DNA of 64,000 nucleotides from Anaerolineae bacterium (lineage in GTDB: Bacteria > Chloroflexota > Anaerolineae > S140-20): NCBI GenBank assembly GCA_027021705.1, contig JALUTT010000092.1:1-64000 (forward strand), written 5' to 3'. Below, one piece after another: positions 49,400 through 57,751 of this stretch (its first letter is position 1; the number at the start of each line of letters is the position of its first letter). Under the pieces are notes generated by a model. That model saw only the letters and a list, made by a program, of their open reading frames with translations. It did no database searches and was not told the DNA's origin. The translations under genes and the position numbers were made by a program.

Positions 49400-51289
49400 G
49401 TGGAAGAGAAGATCCGACTGCGAAGACTCCTCCCTTCCAAACAGGTTGCAGCACTGCTGGCCGACTTCGCGCCCCTCCTGGGCAAGGACGTCGCCCTGGC
49501 GGTGACCGACCAGGATGGCCGGCCGTTGGGGAGCCATCCCACCTTCCCGTCCGAGGCCATCCGGTTTCTGCGGGAGGCGGTCCACGAAGCGGCGGAGATC
49601 GTGATCACCCCTCAGGGGGCCCTCACCCCCCTCCGGGCCGAGGGCTGTGAGGTGGGGTGGGTCTTGGCGCTTGGCTCCCTCCCCTCGGCCTCGCGGACGC
49701 GGGCTCTACTAAAGGCGTTGCGCCAGGCTCTAGAGACCTTGATCGGTGTCGCTTTGGAGAAGCGGGCCCTGGCTCGAGAGACGCTGGACCGCTACCGGGA
49801 GATCAACCTGCTCTACAACCTGGGGGAGACGCTGGCCACCTGTATGGGGGTGCAGGAGCTCCTCCAGCGGGTGCTGACCCAGGCCAGCCAGATCATCCAA
49901 GCACGCCGGGGAGCCGTCCTGCTCTATGACGAGGAGGGCCGGCTGACCGTCGCGGCCAGCACCGGTTTGGAGGCAGGCGGAACGCTGGCCCAGGAGGGGC
50001 GAGCGCTGGCGGAGGAGGTGGCTCGCACGGGCAAGCCCCAGATCATCAACGACTTCACCAACGGCGAAGGGCGGGTCCCTCTCCTGGCCGTTCCGATGCG
50101 CACCTCGGAACGGCGGCTGGGAGCCATCCTCCTGGCCGACAAGGCGGATGGGGCGATCTTCACGGCGGGGGATGAGAAGCTGCTGGCCGCCTTGGCCTGG
50201 CAGGCAGCTATCTTTCTGGAAAATGCCCGCCTCTTCGAGAACGTGCGTCGGCAGCGGGACGAGATCGCCACGATGAAGCGCTACATGGATAACATCTTCG
50301 CCAGCATCGCCAGCGGCGTCATCACCACCGATACTCAGGACGTCATCACCACCTTCAACCGGGCTGCCGAAACCATCCTGCGCGTCCCCGCCCACGAAGC
50401 GGTCAACCGCCCCTACCGTCAGGTGCTCGGTTTCTTGCGCGACACCCCGCTTCCCACCCTCATCGAGGAGGTCCGTCGGCACTGCAAGAGCCGCATTGCC
50501 CAGGAGATCACCTCTCGGCTTCCTCAGGGGGAGCAGGTTCACCTGAGTCTGAACCTCTCCACCCTGCGGGGGAGCAACGGGGAGACGCTGGGCGTGGCCA
50601 TCGTATTGGACGACGTGACGGAGAAGCGGCGCTATGAGCGGGAGCGGGCCTTGGTCCGCCGCTATCTGCCGCCTGAACTGGTAGACCGGCTGCCCGATGA
50701 CCTGGCCGAGCTGGGGCTGCGGGGTGAGCGGCGGGTCATCACCGTCCTCTTCGCCGACATCCGGGGCTTCACCAGCTTCAGCGAGGTGAACCCGCCTGAG
50801 CGCGTCGTCGAAGTGATCAACAACTACCTGGCCCTGGCCGAGGGGGCGGTCCGCTACCATCGGGGCATCGTGGACAAGTACATGGGGGACGCCGTGATGG
50901 CCCTCTTTAACACCCCTCTCTTGGAAGAGCAGGAGCATGCTTGGCGGGCGGTGCAGGCAGCTTGGGGCCTGCAGGAGGCCGTGGCGGCCTACCATCAGCG
51001 CGTCCCGCCGGAGGAACGGCTCTTTATGGGCATTGGGATCTGCACCGGCGAAGCGGTCGTGGGCAATGTAGGAACGGAAGACCGGATGGAGTACACGGCC
51101 ATCGGGGACACGGTCAACGTAGCCAAGCGGCTGCAGGAGAACGCCCGTCCGGGGCAGGTGCTCCTGGGTCGGACGACGTGGGAGGCGGTGCGAGACCGGG
51201 TGCGGGTGAAAGCACTGCCTGCTGTGCGGGTCAAGGGTCGGCAGACGGTCACGCAGATCTACGAACTGGTCGGTCTCGTGGGGGAATAA
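49400..51289 (+). CDS. Class III adenylate cyclase with GAF and PAS domains
   Basis: FADIRGFT, DKYMGD, YTAIGDTVNVAKRL, VKG; Lys/Thr specificity residues typical of ATP use. Confidence 0.92.
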   Translation: MEEKIRLRRLLPSKQVAALLADFAPLLGKDVALAVTDQDGRPLGSHPTFPSEAIRFLREAVHEAAEIVITPQGALTPLRAEGCEVGWVLALGSLPSASRTRALLKALRQALETLIGVALEKRALARETLDRYREINLLYNLGETLATCMGVQELLQRVLTQASQIIQARRGAVLLYDEEGRLTVAASTGLEAGGTLAQEGRALAEEVARTGKPQIINDFTNGEGRVPLLAVPMRTSERRLGAILLADKADGAIFTAGDEKLLAALAWQAAIFLENARLFENVRRQRDEIATMKRYMDNIFASIASGVITTDTQDVITTFNRAAETILRVPAHEAVNRPYRQVLGFLRDTPLPTLIEEVRRHCKSRIAQEITSRLPQGEQVHLSLNLSTLRGSNGETLGVAIVLDDVTEKRRYERERALVRRYLPPELVDRLPDDLAELGLRGERRVITVLFADIRGFTSFSEVNPPERVVEVINNYLALAEGAVRYHRGIVDKYMGDAVMALFNTPLLEEQEHAWRAVQAAWGLQEAVAAYHQRVPPEERLFMGIGICTGEAVVGNVGTEDRMEYTAIGDTVNVAKRLQENARPGQVLLGRTTWEAVRDRVRVKALPAVRVKGRQTVTQIYELVGLVGE

Positions 51290-51353
51290 ATCTCAGAACA
51301 TCCCCGGGCAGAACCACCCAGCGCTGTACTTCCTTGCACAAACAAGCGCAAAC

Positions 51354-51380
51354 AAAAAGGGGGGCTGTCAGCCCCCCAAA
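51354..51380. terminator. Terminator between the cyclase and hsp20
   Basis: ggggggct-gtc-agcccccc with an A run upstream (U tract on minus strand). Confidence 0.7.
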
Positions 51381-51400
51381 TCGGTGCCCATCAACGGGAC

Positions 51401-51859
51401 CTACTTGGCCTTCACCTTGATCTGCTTGGGCCTGACCTCTTCCACCTTGGGGAGGGTCAGCGTTAGCACACCGTTCTCGAACAGGGCCTCAGCCTTGTCT
51501 GCGTTGATGGGCACCGGCAACGACAGAGAGCGCTGGAAGGTGCCGTGGCGTCGCTCACGCAGGTGGTAGGAGCCCTTCTTGCCCTCGAACTCGTCCTTGA
51601 TCTCACCTCGGATGGTCAGCACATCGCCCGAAACCTGGATCTCCACATCGTCAGGCCGCACACCCGGCACAACCGCCTTCACGATAATCGCGTCATCGGT
51701 CTCGTACACGTCCATCGGCAGGTAGAGCTGGGTGCGGCCATCGCCGGTGCCGAACCACTCCCGGAAGGGCCAGACGAAGCTTTCCTCGAAGAGCCGATCC
51801 ATAGCCTCGCGCAAGGTCATGACCTCCCGCATAGGATCCCACCGCATCAGCTCAGCCAT
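51401..51859 (-). CDS. Hsp20/alpha-crystallin small heat shock protein
   Basis: WDP.RE...L..AMDRLF, P.DVYET, PGV, ER..G.F.R...LP, NGVL.L.LPK. Confidence 0.96.
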   Translation of the reverse strand: MAELMRWDPMREVMTLREAMDRLFEESFVWPFREWFGTGDGRTQLYLPMDVYETDDAIIVKAVVPGVRPDDVEIQVSGDVLTIRGEIKDEFEGKKGSYHLRERRHGTFQRSLSLPVPINADKAEALFENGVLTLTLPKVEEVRPKQIKVKAK

Positions 51860-52159
51860 GCGTCTCACCTCCCTTCTCTGCAGGTTTCTTTCCGATACAA
51901 TCCGGCCTCCATGATAGCCACTTCGTGTTAGATGAACGCTAACAAAACGCTAAAAATTCGTTAGACTCGGGGGGTTGCGAGCCTGCATTCCGCATGCCAT
52001 CTCGATGGGGGCTTTCTTCACCACAGAGCCGCCGAGGGCGCAGAGGGATTTCTGGGGTCTCTCGGCGTCCTCCGTGCCTTTGCGTTAGAGAGAGCGCCGT
52101 CGAGCAGGCCAACACGATAGGGGGGAGCTGCCTATGTCGGGGAATCACCGAGGAATGCG

Positions 52160-52308
52160 CGGTGATTCCCCACAAGTGAGCGAGAGAGTGGTCCGTAGCA
52201 GGCCGTCCACGAATTTCTCACAAATGCACGAATGAGGCGGTCCTTAATTCGTGTATTCGTGCCCCATTCGTGGACGGCTAGTCTCCCTATCTCCATGGGT
52301 AATCATCC
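52160..52308. mobile_element. MITE family A, inverted copy with 9-bp target-site duplication
   Basis: Reverse complement nearly identical to 26674-26828; AGGAATGCG repeated at 52151-52159 and 52309-52317. Confidence 0.85.
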
Positions 52309-52319
52309 AGGAATGCGGG

Positions 52320-52348
52320 TTGCGAAGCGTGGTTAGCTAGGGTATAAT
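52320..52348 (+). promoter_or_regulatory. Promoter of the ATPase pair
   Basis: TTGCGA-N17-TATAAT. Confidence 0.6.
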
Positions 52349-52398
52349 GACGTCGGGAATCGTAGGCCAATCGTTGGCAACCAAAAGAGAGACGACAT

Positions 52399-53685
52399 AT
52401 GATCCGGCGGGTGAGAGTCCGAGGGTACAAGTCGCTCAAAGAGATTGAGGTAAAGCTTCGACCGTTGACCGTTTTCATCGGTCCAAATGCTGCCGGCAAA
52501 AGCAACCTCTTCGACGCGCTGGGGCTGCTGAGCCGATCTGTGACTTCCCGGAATCTGGCCGAAGCGTTTAAGGAGCATCGCGGTGCCCCCTTGGAGGCTT
52601 TCTACTACGGTGATCAGGGGCTGAAGGGGCTCCTTGCACGACCTACTGTAGAGTTCACCATCGAAGTGGATGTCGAACTCTCGTCTGAGGTCGTTCGGGC
52701 TGTTGAGCAGCGCATCCAGGATATGCGGGAGGGGCTGCCAGAAGACGGAAACACATCGGGGCCATCCCGGCGTCGGGTCACCGAGCCGTTGCTGCGGTAC
52801 ACGCTGACCGTGCAGATGGCTGTGGAGTCGGGGTATCTGCGGGTGATGGAGGAACAATTGGTTGCCCTAACCCGCGATGGGAGGGTCAAGGCTTCCCGAC
52901 GAGCATTCATCGAGCCCGTAAAAGGCCGTCTCCGACTCCGGTTGGAAGGACAGGCCCGGCCAACGGAATACGAAGTTGGCCTGGATTACACGCTGGTCTC
53001 GATGCCTCTCTATCCACCTCACTATCCTCATATCACGGCCTTTCGAGAAGAACTCTCCCGCTGGCGTTTCTACTACTTCGACCCAAAGACTATGCGGGCG
53101 GAGGTGCCTCTCAAAGAGGTTGAGAACCTGGGAGCTTTTGGGGCTGACCTGGCCGCTTTCTACAGCACTTTGAAGTCGCGGCACCCTCGGCAGTTCGAGG
53201 CTTTGAACCGGGCCCTCCGCTCTCTGCTGCCCGATGTCCAGCGTCTGGATGTCGAGCGTACCGATGAAGGGTTTCTGCGCCTACAGGTCTTCGAGAGAGG
53301 AGTTCCCTTCTCGGCTCGCATCATCTCCGAAGGCACTCTCCGTATCCTGGGGCTGTTGGCCATCACCAACCCCCTGTCACCGACAACGGTCATCGGATAC
53401 GAGGAACCGGAGAATGGGGTTCATCCCCGGCGTCTCCAGCTTATCGCCGATCTGCTCAAGAACGCCTCCGAGACCGGAAAACAGGTCCTGGTCAATACCC
53501 ACTCGCCTAAATTGCCTACCTACTTTGATCCCCAGGCTCTCATTGTCTGTCGCAAAGAGGGGGGTAAAACTTCTTTTCTCCCCCTTTTGGACTTGGGACC
53601 TGTGTTCCAACCAGCGCTTATTGAACAAGCCCTGGCCGAGACCCCGCTGTCGGAACGGATCTTGAGGGGGGATTTCGGTGGATGA
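52399..53685 (+). CDS. ABC-type ATPase (AAA_21-like)
   Basis: V.GYKSL, GPNAAGKS, ISEGTLR, EEPENGVHP, NTHSP. Confidence 0.9.
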   Translation: MIRRVRVRGYKSLKEIEVKLRPLTVFIGPNAAGKSNLFDALGLLSRSVTSRNLAEAFKEHRGAPLEAFYYGDQGLKGLLARPTVEFTIEVDVELSSEVVRAVEQRIQDMREGLPEDGNTSGPSRRRVTEPLLRYTLTVQMAVESGYLRVMEEQLVALTRDGRVKASRRAFIEPVKGRLRLRLEGQARPTEYEVGLDYTLVSMPLYPPHYPHITAFREELSRWRFYYFDPKTMRAEVPLKEVENLGAFGADLAAFYSTLKSRHPRQFEALNRALRSLLPDVQRLDVERTDEGFLRLQVFERGVPFSARIISEGTLRILGLLAITNPLSPTTVIGYEEPENGVHPRRLQLIADLLKNASETGKQVLVNTHSPKLPTYFDPQALIVCRKEGGKTSFLPLLDLGPVFQPALIEQALAETPLSERILRGDFGG

Positions 53686-54307
53686 AATTCGCATCGGATA
53701 CTTCTTGGAGGATATAGGCCAGGAGCAATTTCTGCGAACTTTGGTGGAGCGGGTCGCCCAAGAAGTTGGGATCGCCTCCCAACGGCTTCGCCACGAAGTG
53801 CGAAATGCCACCGGAGGGCGAGGCAAGGTGCTGGACGAACTGCGGCGGTTCTTACGCGATGTCGGTCGTGAGCGCGAGAGTCCCTTTCCCTTGCTGATTG
53901 TCGCCATAGATGGCAACTGCAAGGGGTACCAGGAAAGGCGGAACGAAATCCACGCCATCGTCGAACGGAGTGGCTACAGAGGACGGGTAATCTGCGCCGT
54001 GCCCGATCCCCACATCGAGCGATGGTATTTGGTGGCCCCACGCACGCTTCAGCGGGTGTTGGGGGTCTCGGTCACTCCCGGCGTGCCTCCCTACAAATGC
54101 GAACGTGGCCGCTACAAACGGGCGCTCCGCGAGGCCATCCGGCAAGCAGGCATAATAGCGCCTCTGGGAGGCATCGAATACGGCCCTGACGTTGCAAGGG
54201 CTCTCGACTTGTACACTGTTGGTCGAGCCGATCCGGGATTCAAGCACTTCGTGGATGAACTGCGAGAGGGGTTGTCCCCTTTCGTGCGATCCCAGGACCC
54301 TTGGTAA
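53678..54307 (+). CDS. DUF4276/RloB-like (TOPRIM-related) partner protein
   Basis: FLED, VAIDGN, IERWYL, F..F motifs; overlaps the ATPase stop. Confidence 0.6.
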   Translation: MDEIRIGYFLEDIGQEQFLRTLVERVAQEVGIASQRLRHEVRNATGGRGKVLDELRRFLRDVGRERESPFPLLIVAIDGNCKGYQERRNEIHAIVERSGYRGRVICAVPDPHIERWYLVAPRTLQRVLGVSVTPGVPPYKCERGRYKRALREAIRQAGIIAPLGGIEYGPDVARALDLYTVGRADPGFKHFVDELREGLSPFVRSQDPW

Positions 54308-54402
54308 TTACCCATATATGCGGGCTACTTCGCGGTCCTCGGTGTAGAGATGCAACTGGAGTTGCATCCTGCTCAGCCGGGGAGACTTATGGGTAATCGC
54401 CG
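54302..54402. mobile_element. Short element with family A ends and a different interior
   Basis: GGTAATTACCCATAT...CTTATGGGTAATCGCCG; internal gatgcaact-gg-agttgcatc palindrome; no TSD seen. Confidence 0.6.
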
Positions 54403-54413
54403 ACGTGCAACCG

Positions 54414-54441
54414 TTGACGGTTAGGCGAAAGGCCGTACAAT
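54414..54441 (+). promoter_or_regulatory. rsmD promoter, probably near-leaderless
   Basis: TTGACG-N16-TACAAT ending 10 nt before the ATG; no SD. Confidence 0.5.
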
Positions 54442-54451
54442 ACGTAGCGCT

Positions 54452-55015
54452 ATGGTCCGTGTCATCGCCGGCACAGCCAAAGGACGAAAACTGCGGGTGC
54501 CTTCCGAAGGGGTCCGCCCCATCACCGACCGGGCCAAGACCGCCCTCTTCAGCATCCTGGGGCCGGCCGTGATCGGTGCCCGCGTCCTGGACCTCTTCGC
54601 CGGGGCCGGGAGTGTGGGGATCGAGGCCCTCAGCCGAGGAGCCGCCCAGGTCGTCTTCGTGGAGCGCGACCCCACAGCGGTCCAGGCCATCCGTTGGAAC
54701 CTGCGCCACACCGGCCTGTTGGAGCGAAGCCGGGTGGTACGCAAGGATGTCTTCAAGTTCCTGGCCGGAGAGCCGGAACCCTTCGACCTCATTTACATCG
54801 CCCCTCCCCAGTACCGAGGGCTTTGGGCCGATACACTGCAGGCCCTGGATGCCCGGCCTGACTGGCTGGCCGAAGAGGGTCAGATCATCGTTCAAATCCA
54901 CCCTCGCGAATACGAGCCCTTGCCCCTACAGCGGCTCTCCCTCTTCGACCAGCGGACCTACGGGGGGGTGATGCTCTGCTTCTACGAACGGAGTGGAGTC
55001 CTCGTCGAGAGCTAG
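54452..55015 (+). CDS. rsmD: 16S rRNA m2G966 methyltransferase
   Basis: RVIAG.AKGR, RP.TDR.K..LF, LDLFAG.G..GIEALSRGA; APPQY in place of DPPY. Confidence 0.88.
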   Translation: MVRVIAGTAKGRKLRVPSEGVRPITDRAKTALFSILGPAVIGARVLDLFAGAGSVGIEALSRGAAQVVFVERDPTAVQAIRWNLRHTGLLERSRVVRKDVFKFLAGEPEPFDLIYIAPPQYRGLWADTLQALDARPDWLAEEGQIIVQIHPREYEPLPLQRLSLFDQRTYGGVMLCFYERSGVLVES

Positions 55016-55149
55016 GTGAGGCTTCCATCCTTCTACGGGCAAAACCGTCTCTTTGCCAACCCTTCCGCCTCTTCATACCCACCCTTGGGCGAGCCGCCAT
55101 CGTCCCCCTCATTGAACGCCCCGCTCGTGAAGATATACACACATCTCTA

Positions 55150-55171
55150 TGTCAAAAGTGACAACTGTCAT
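55150..55171. promoter_or_regulatory. Palindromic operator-like site upstream of the CODH/ACS operon
   Basis: TGTCA-aaag-TGACA-ac-TGTCA in an AT-rich intergenic region. Confidence 0.45.
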
Positions 55172-55293
55172 ATGAAATGAATGGCAACGATTACTTGACT
55201 TTTCTCGGTCTTCCGGGGATGATGTCCCCAAGGGATTGAAGAAGTTTTTGCCGTAATCTGTTCCTAAAAGGCACCAACAGGGGAGGGATGCCT

Positions 55294-55704
55294 ATGGCCA
55301 CGTTGACCCTTGAGGTCCCGTTGATGTACGGTGACCATCACGTTACCGAGGTGAGGCGGCTCCTGCTGAGCTTGCCCGGCGTAGAGGATGTCTACGCCAG
55401 CAGCTGTTTCCACATCGTCGAGGTCCAGTACGACGAAGCTCAGGTGAGTCCTGAGGAGATTGAGGCCCGGCTGGAGGAAGCCGGCTATCTGGGAGAGTTG
55501 CCGGTGCCCGTCGAGGCCGGGGCCGTCCACGGGAATGGACAGGGGGACGGTCCGAAGCCCTCGTATCGCCACACGACCGCCTATGAGCAGACCCGGCAGG
55601 TGATCAGCTTCGCCCAGCGCGTGCCCTATCGGGGACGCCCCTTGTGGCCCTGTCCCGGGATGGGGGTTCTGCGCAACGTAGAACTAGAAGAAGAAGGGAG
55701 GTGA
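55294..55704 (+). CDS. HMA-like (ferredoxin-fold) protein
   Basis: L.V..MYGDHH...V...L..LPGV, V.YD......EEI...LEEAGY HMA pattern without CxxC. Confidence 0.65.
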   Translation: MATLTLEVPLMYGDHHVTEVRRLLLSLPGVEDVYASSCFHIVEVQYDEAQVSPEEIEARLEEAGYLGELPVPVEAGAVHGNGQGDGPKPSYRHTTAYEQTRQVISFAQRVPYRGRPLWPCPGMGVLRNVELEEEGR

Positions 55705-55707
55705 CCG

Positions 55708-57723
55708 ATGGCCCGGAAGAAGCGCAGCCTCGAAGAGTTCAGCGCCGATCCTGCCGCTCAGGAGATGCTGGTACGTGCCGAGGAGATGGGGGTCTCGACG
55801 GCCTTCCATCGGGCCGACGCCCTCGCCCCCTGCAACATCGGGGCTGCCGGCATGTGTTGCAGCAACTGCGGCATGGGGCCTTGCCGGCTGACCAAGGATG
55901 GGCTGACCGGCGTCTGCGGCGCGACCATTGACACCATCCAAGCCCGTAACCTGGTCCGGGCCATCGCCGTGGGATCGGCGGCCCATTCGGACCACGGACG
56001 TGATATGGCCTTCACCCTCAAGGCGGTCGCCAACGGGGAGGCGGAAGGCTACGTGATCCGCGACGTGCCCAAGCTCCGCACCCTGGCCGCCCGTTACGGC
56101 ATCCCCATCGAGGGGCGCTCCCCCGAAGAGATCGCCAACGACCTGGCCGACCTCTACATCGCCCAGTTCGGTCAGCAGGATGGCCAGGTGGTCCCCATTA
56201 TCCGTGCGCCGGAGAAGCGTCAGAAGCTCTGGAAGAAGCTGGGCGTCATCCCCCGAGGTATTGACCGGGAGGTCGTCGAAGCGCTGCACCGCACCCATAT
56301 CGGCGACGACCAGGATGCCGAGCACCTCCTGCACCACGCCATCCGCACCGCCCTCAGCGACGGCTGGGGAGGTAGCATGATCGCCACCGACGTCTCCGAC
56401 ATCCTCTTCGGGACGCCGGCCCCCCTCCTCGGACGGGCCAACTTGGGTGTCCTACGGGAGGATATGGTCAACGTCATTGTCCACGGCCACGAGCCGACTT
56501 TGAGCGAGATGATCGTCGCCGCCTCCCAGGATCCGGAGATCATCGAGTACGCCCGCGCTGCCGGCGCCAAAGGGGTCAACCTGGCCGGCATTTGCTGCAC
56601 CGCCAATGAGATCCTGATGCGCCAGGGCGTCCCGGCCGCCGGAAACTTCCTGCACCAGGAGTTGGTCATCCTCACCGGTGCCGTCGAGGCGATGGTGGTG
56701 GACGTCCAGTGCATCATGCAGGCCCTCGTCGGCCTGGCCCAGAACTTCCACACCCTGATCATCACCACCTCCCCCAAGGTGAAGATCAAGGACGCGGTCC
56801 ACATCGAGTTCGACGAGCACCAGGCTCTCACCATCGCCAAGGAGATCCTGCGCCGCGCCATTGACAACTTCAAGAACCGGGGCGAGGTCCACATCCCGGC
56901 CGCCCAATCGGAGCTAATCCCCGGCTTCTCCCACGAGTACATCAACTATATGCTGGGTGGGAGCTACCGCGCCTCCTTCCGCCCCCTCAACGACGCCATC
57001 ATGGCCGGGCGCATCCGGGGTGTGGCGGCCATCGTGGGGTGCAACAACCCCCGCAGCACCCAGGACTACCTGCACTCCTACGTGACCCAGGAGCTCCTCA
57101 AGCAGGATGTGCTGATCGTGGAGACGGGGTGCGGGGCCATCGCCACCGCCAAGTTGGGCCTCATGCTCGGAGAGGCCGGCCTGGATCAGGTCGGGCCGGG
57201 CCTGCGCGAAATCTGCGAGACCGTCGGCATCCCACCGGTGCTCCACATGGGCTCCTGTGTGGACAATAGCCGCATCCTCACCGTGCTCACCCAAATGGTC
57301 GAGGAGGGCGGTCTGGGTGACGACATTGACCAGATTCCGGCGGTGGGGCTGGCTCCCGAGTGGATGAGCGAGAAGGCCCTCTCCATTGGTGCCTATTGCG
57401 TCGCATCCGGCGTCTACGTCATCTTCGGCGGGAGTTCGCCGGTGAGCGGGATGCCCGATCGGGTCTCTGACAGCGACCTGGTCTCCCGCTACATCAGCGA
57501 GGGATGGGAGAAGCTCTACGGCGGCAAGCTGGAGTTCATCCCCGATCCCGAGGAGATGGTTCGCAAGACGCTGGAGCACATTGACAAGAAGCGTGCGGCC
57601 TTGGGGCTGCCGGAGTACGATCCCAGCCGCTTTGGCCGCAGCGGCGATGCCCGCATCCTGGAACTGGAGAAACTCCCGTTGCCGGAGCGTCGGGAAGCGC
57701 TTTACGGTGTACCGGTGCGCTAG
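55708..57723 (+). CDS. cooS: Anaerobic Ni-Fe carbon monoxide dehydrogenase catalytic subunit (AcsA/CooS)
   Basis: C-x7-CC..C.MGPC, HGHEP, GICCT, VDVQC, GCNN, TGC, GSCVD, SEKA. Confidence 0.96.
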   Translation: MARKKRSLEEFSADPAAQEMLVRAEEMGVSTAFHRADALAPCNIGAAGMCCSNCGMGPCRLTKDGLTGVCGATIDTIQARNLVRAIAVGSAAHSDHGRDMAFTLKAVANGEAEGYVIRDVPKLRTLAARYGIPIEGRSPEEIANDLADLYIAQFGQQDGQVVPIIRAPEKRQKLWKKLGVIPRGIDREVVEALHRTHIGDDQDAEHLLHHAIRTALSDGWGGSMIATDVSDILFGTPAPLLGRANLGVLREDMVNVIVHGHEPTLSEMIVAASQDPEIIEYARAAGAKGVNLAGICCTANEILMRQGVPAAGNFLHQELVILTGAVEAMVVDVQCIMQALVGLAQNFHTLIITTSPKVKIKDAVHIEFDEHQALTIAKEILRRAIDNFKNRGEVHIPAAQSELIPGFSHEYINYMLGGSYRASFRPLNDAIMAGRIRGVAAIVGCNNPRSTQDYLHSYVTQELLKQDVLIVETGCGAIATAKLGLMLGEAGLDQVGPGLREICETVGIPPVLHMGSCVDNSRILTVLTQMVEEGGLGDDIDQIPAVGLAPEWMSEKALSIGAYCVASGVYVIFGGSSPVSGMPDRVSDSDLVSRYISEGWEKLYGGKLEFIPDPEEMVRKTLEHIDKKRAALGLPEYDPSRFGRSGDARILELEKLPLPERREALYGVPVR

Positions 57724-57751
57724 AAGAGGAAGAGCAGGAGGAGGTAGCCCT

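Noticed and set aside
51900..51990. CIRCE element upstream of hsp20
   Set aside because: No TTAGCACTC-N9-GAGTGCTAA match
52010..52095. Imperfect hairpin of gccgagggcgcagag/ctcggcgtcctccgtg type, with a similar one near 29890-29950
   Set aside because: Probably a further REP-like family but too degenerate to delimit by eye
52160..54402. Integron cassette or Xer/dif module around the ATPase pair
   Set aside because: No attC RYYYAAC/GTTRRRY ends, no 28-bp dif layout, no integrase; TSDs point to transposition
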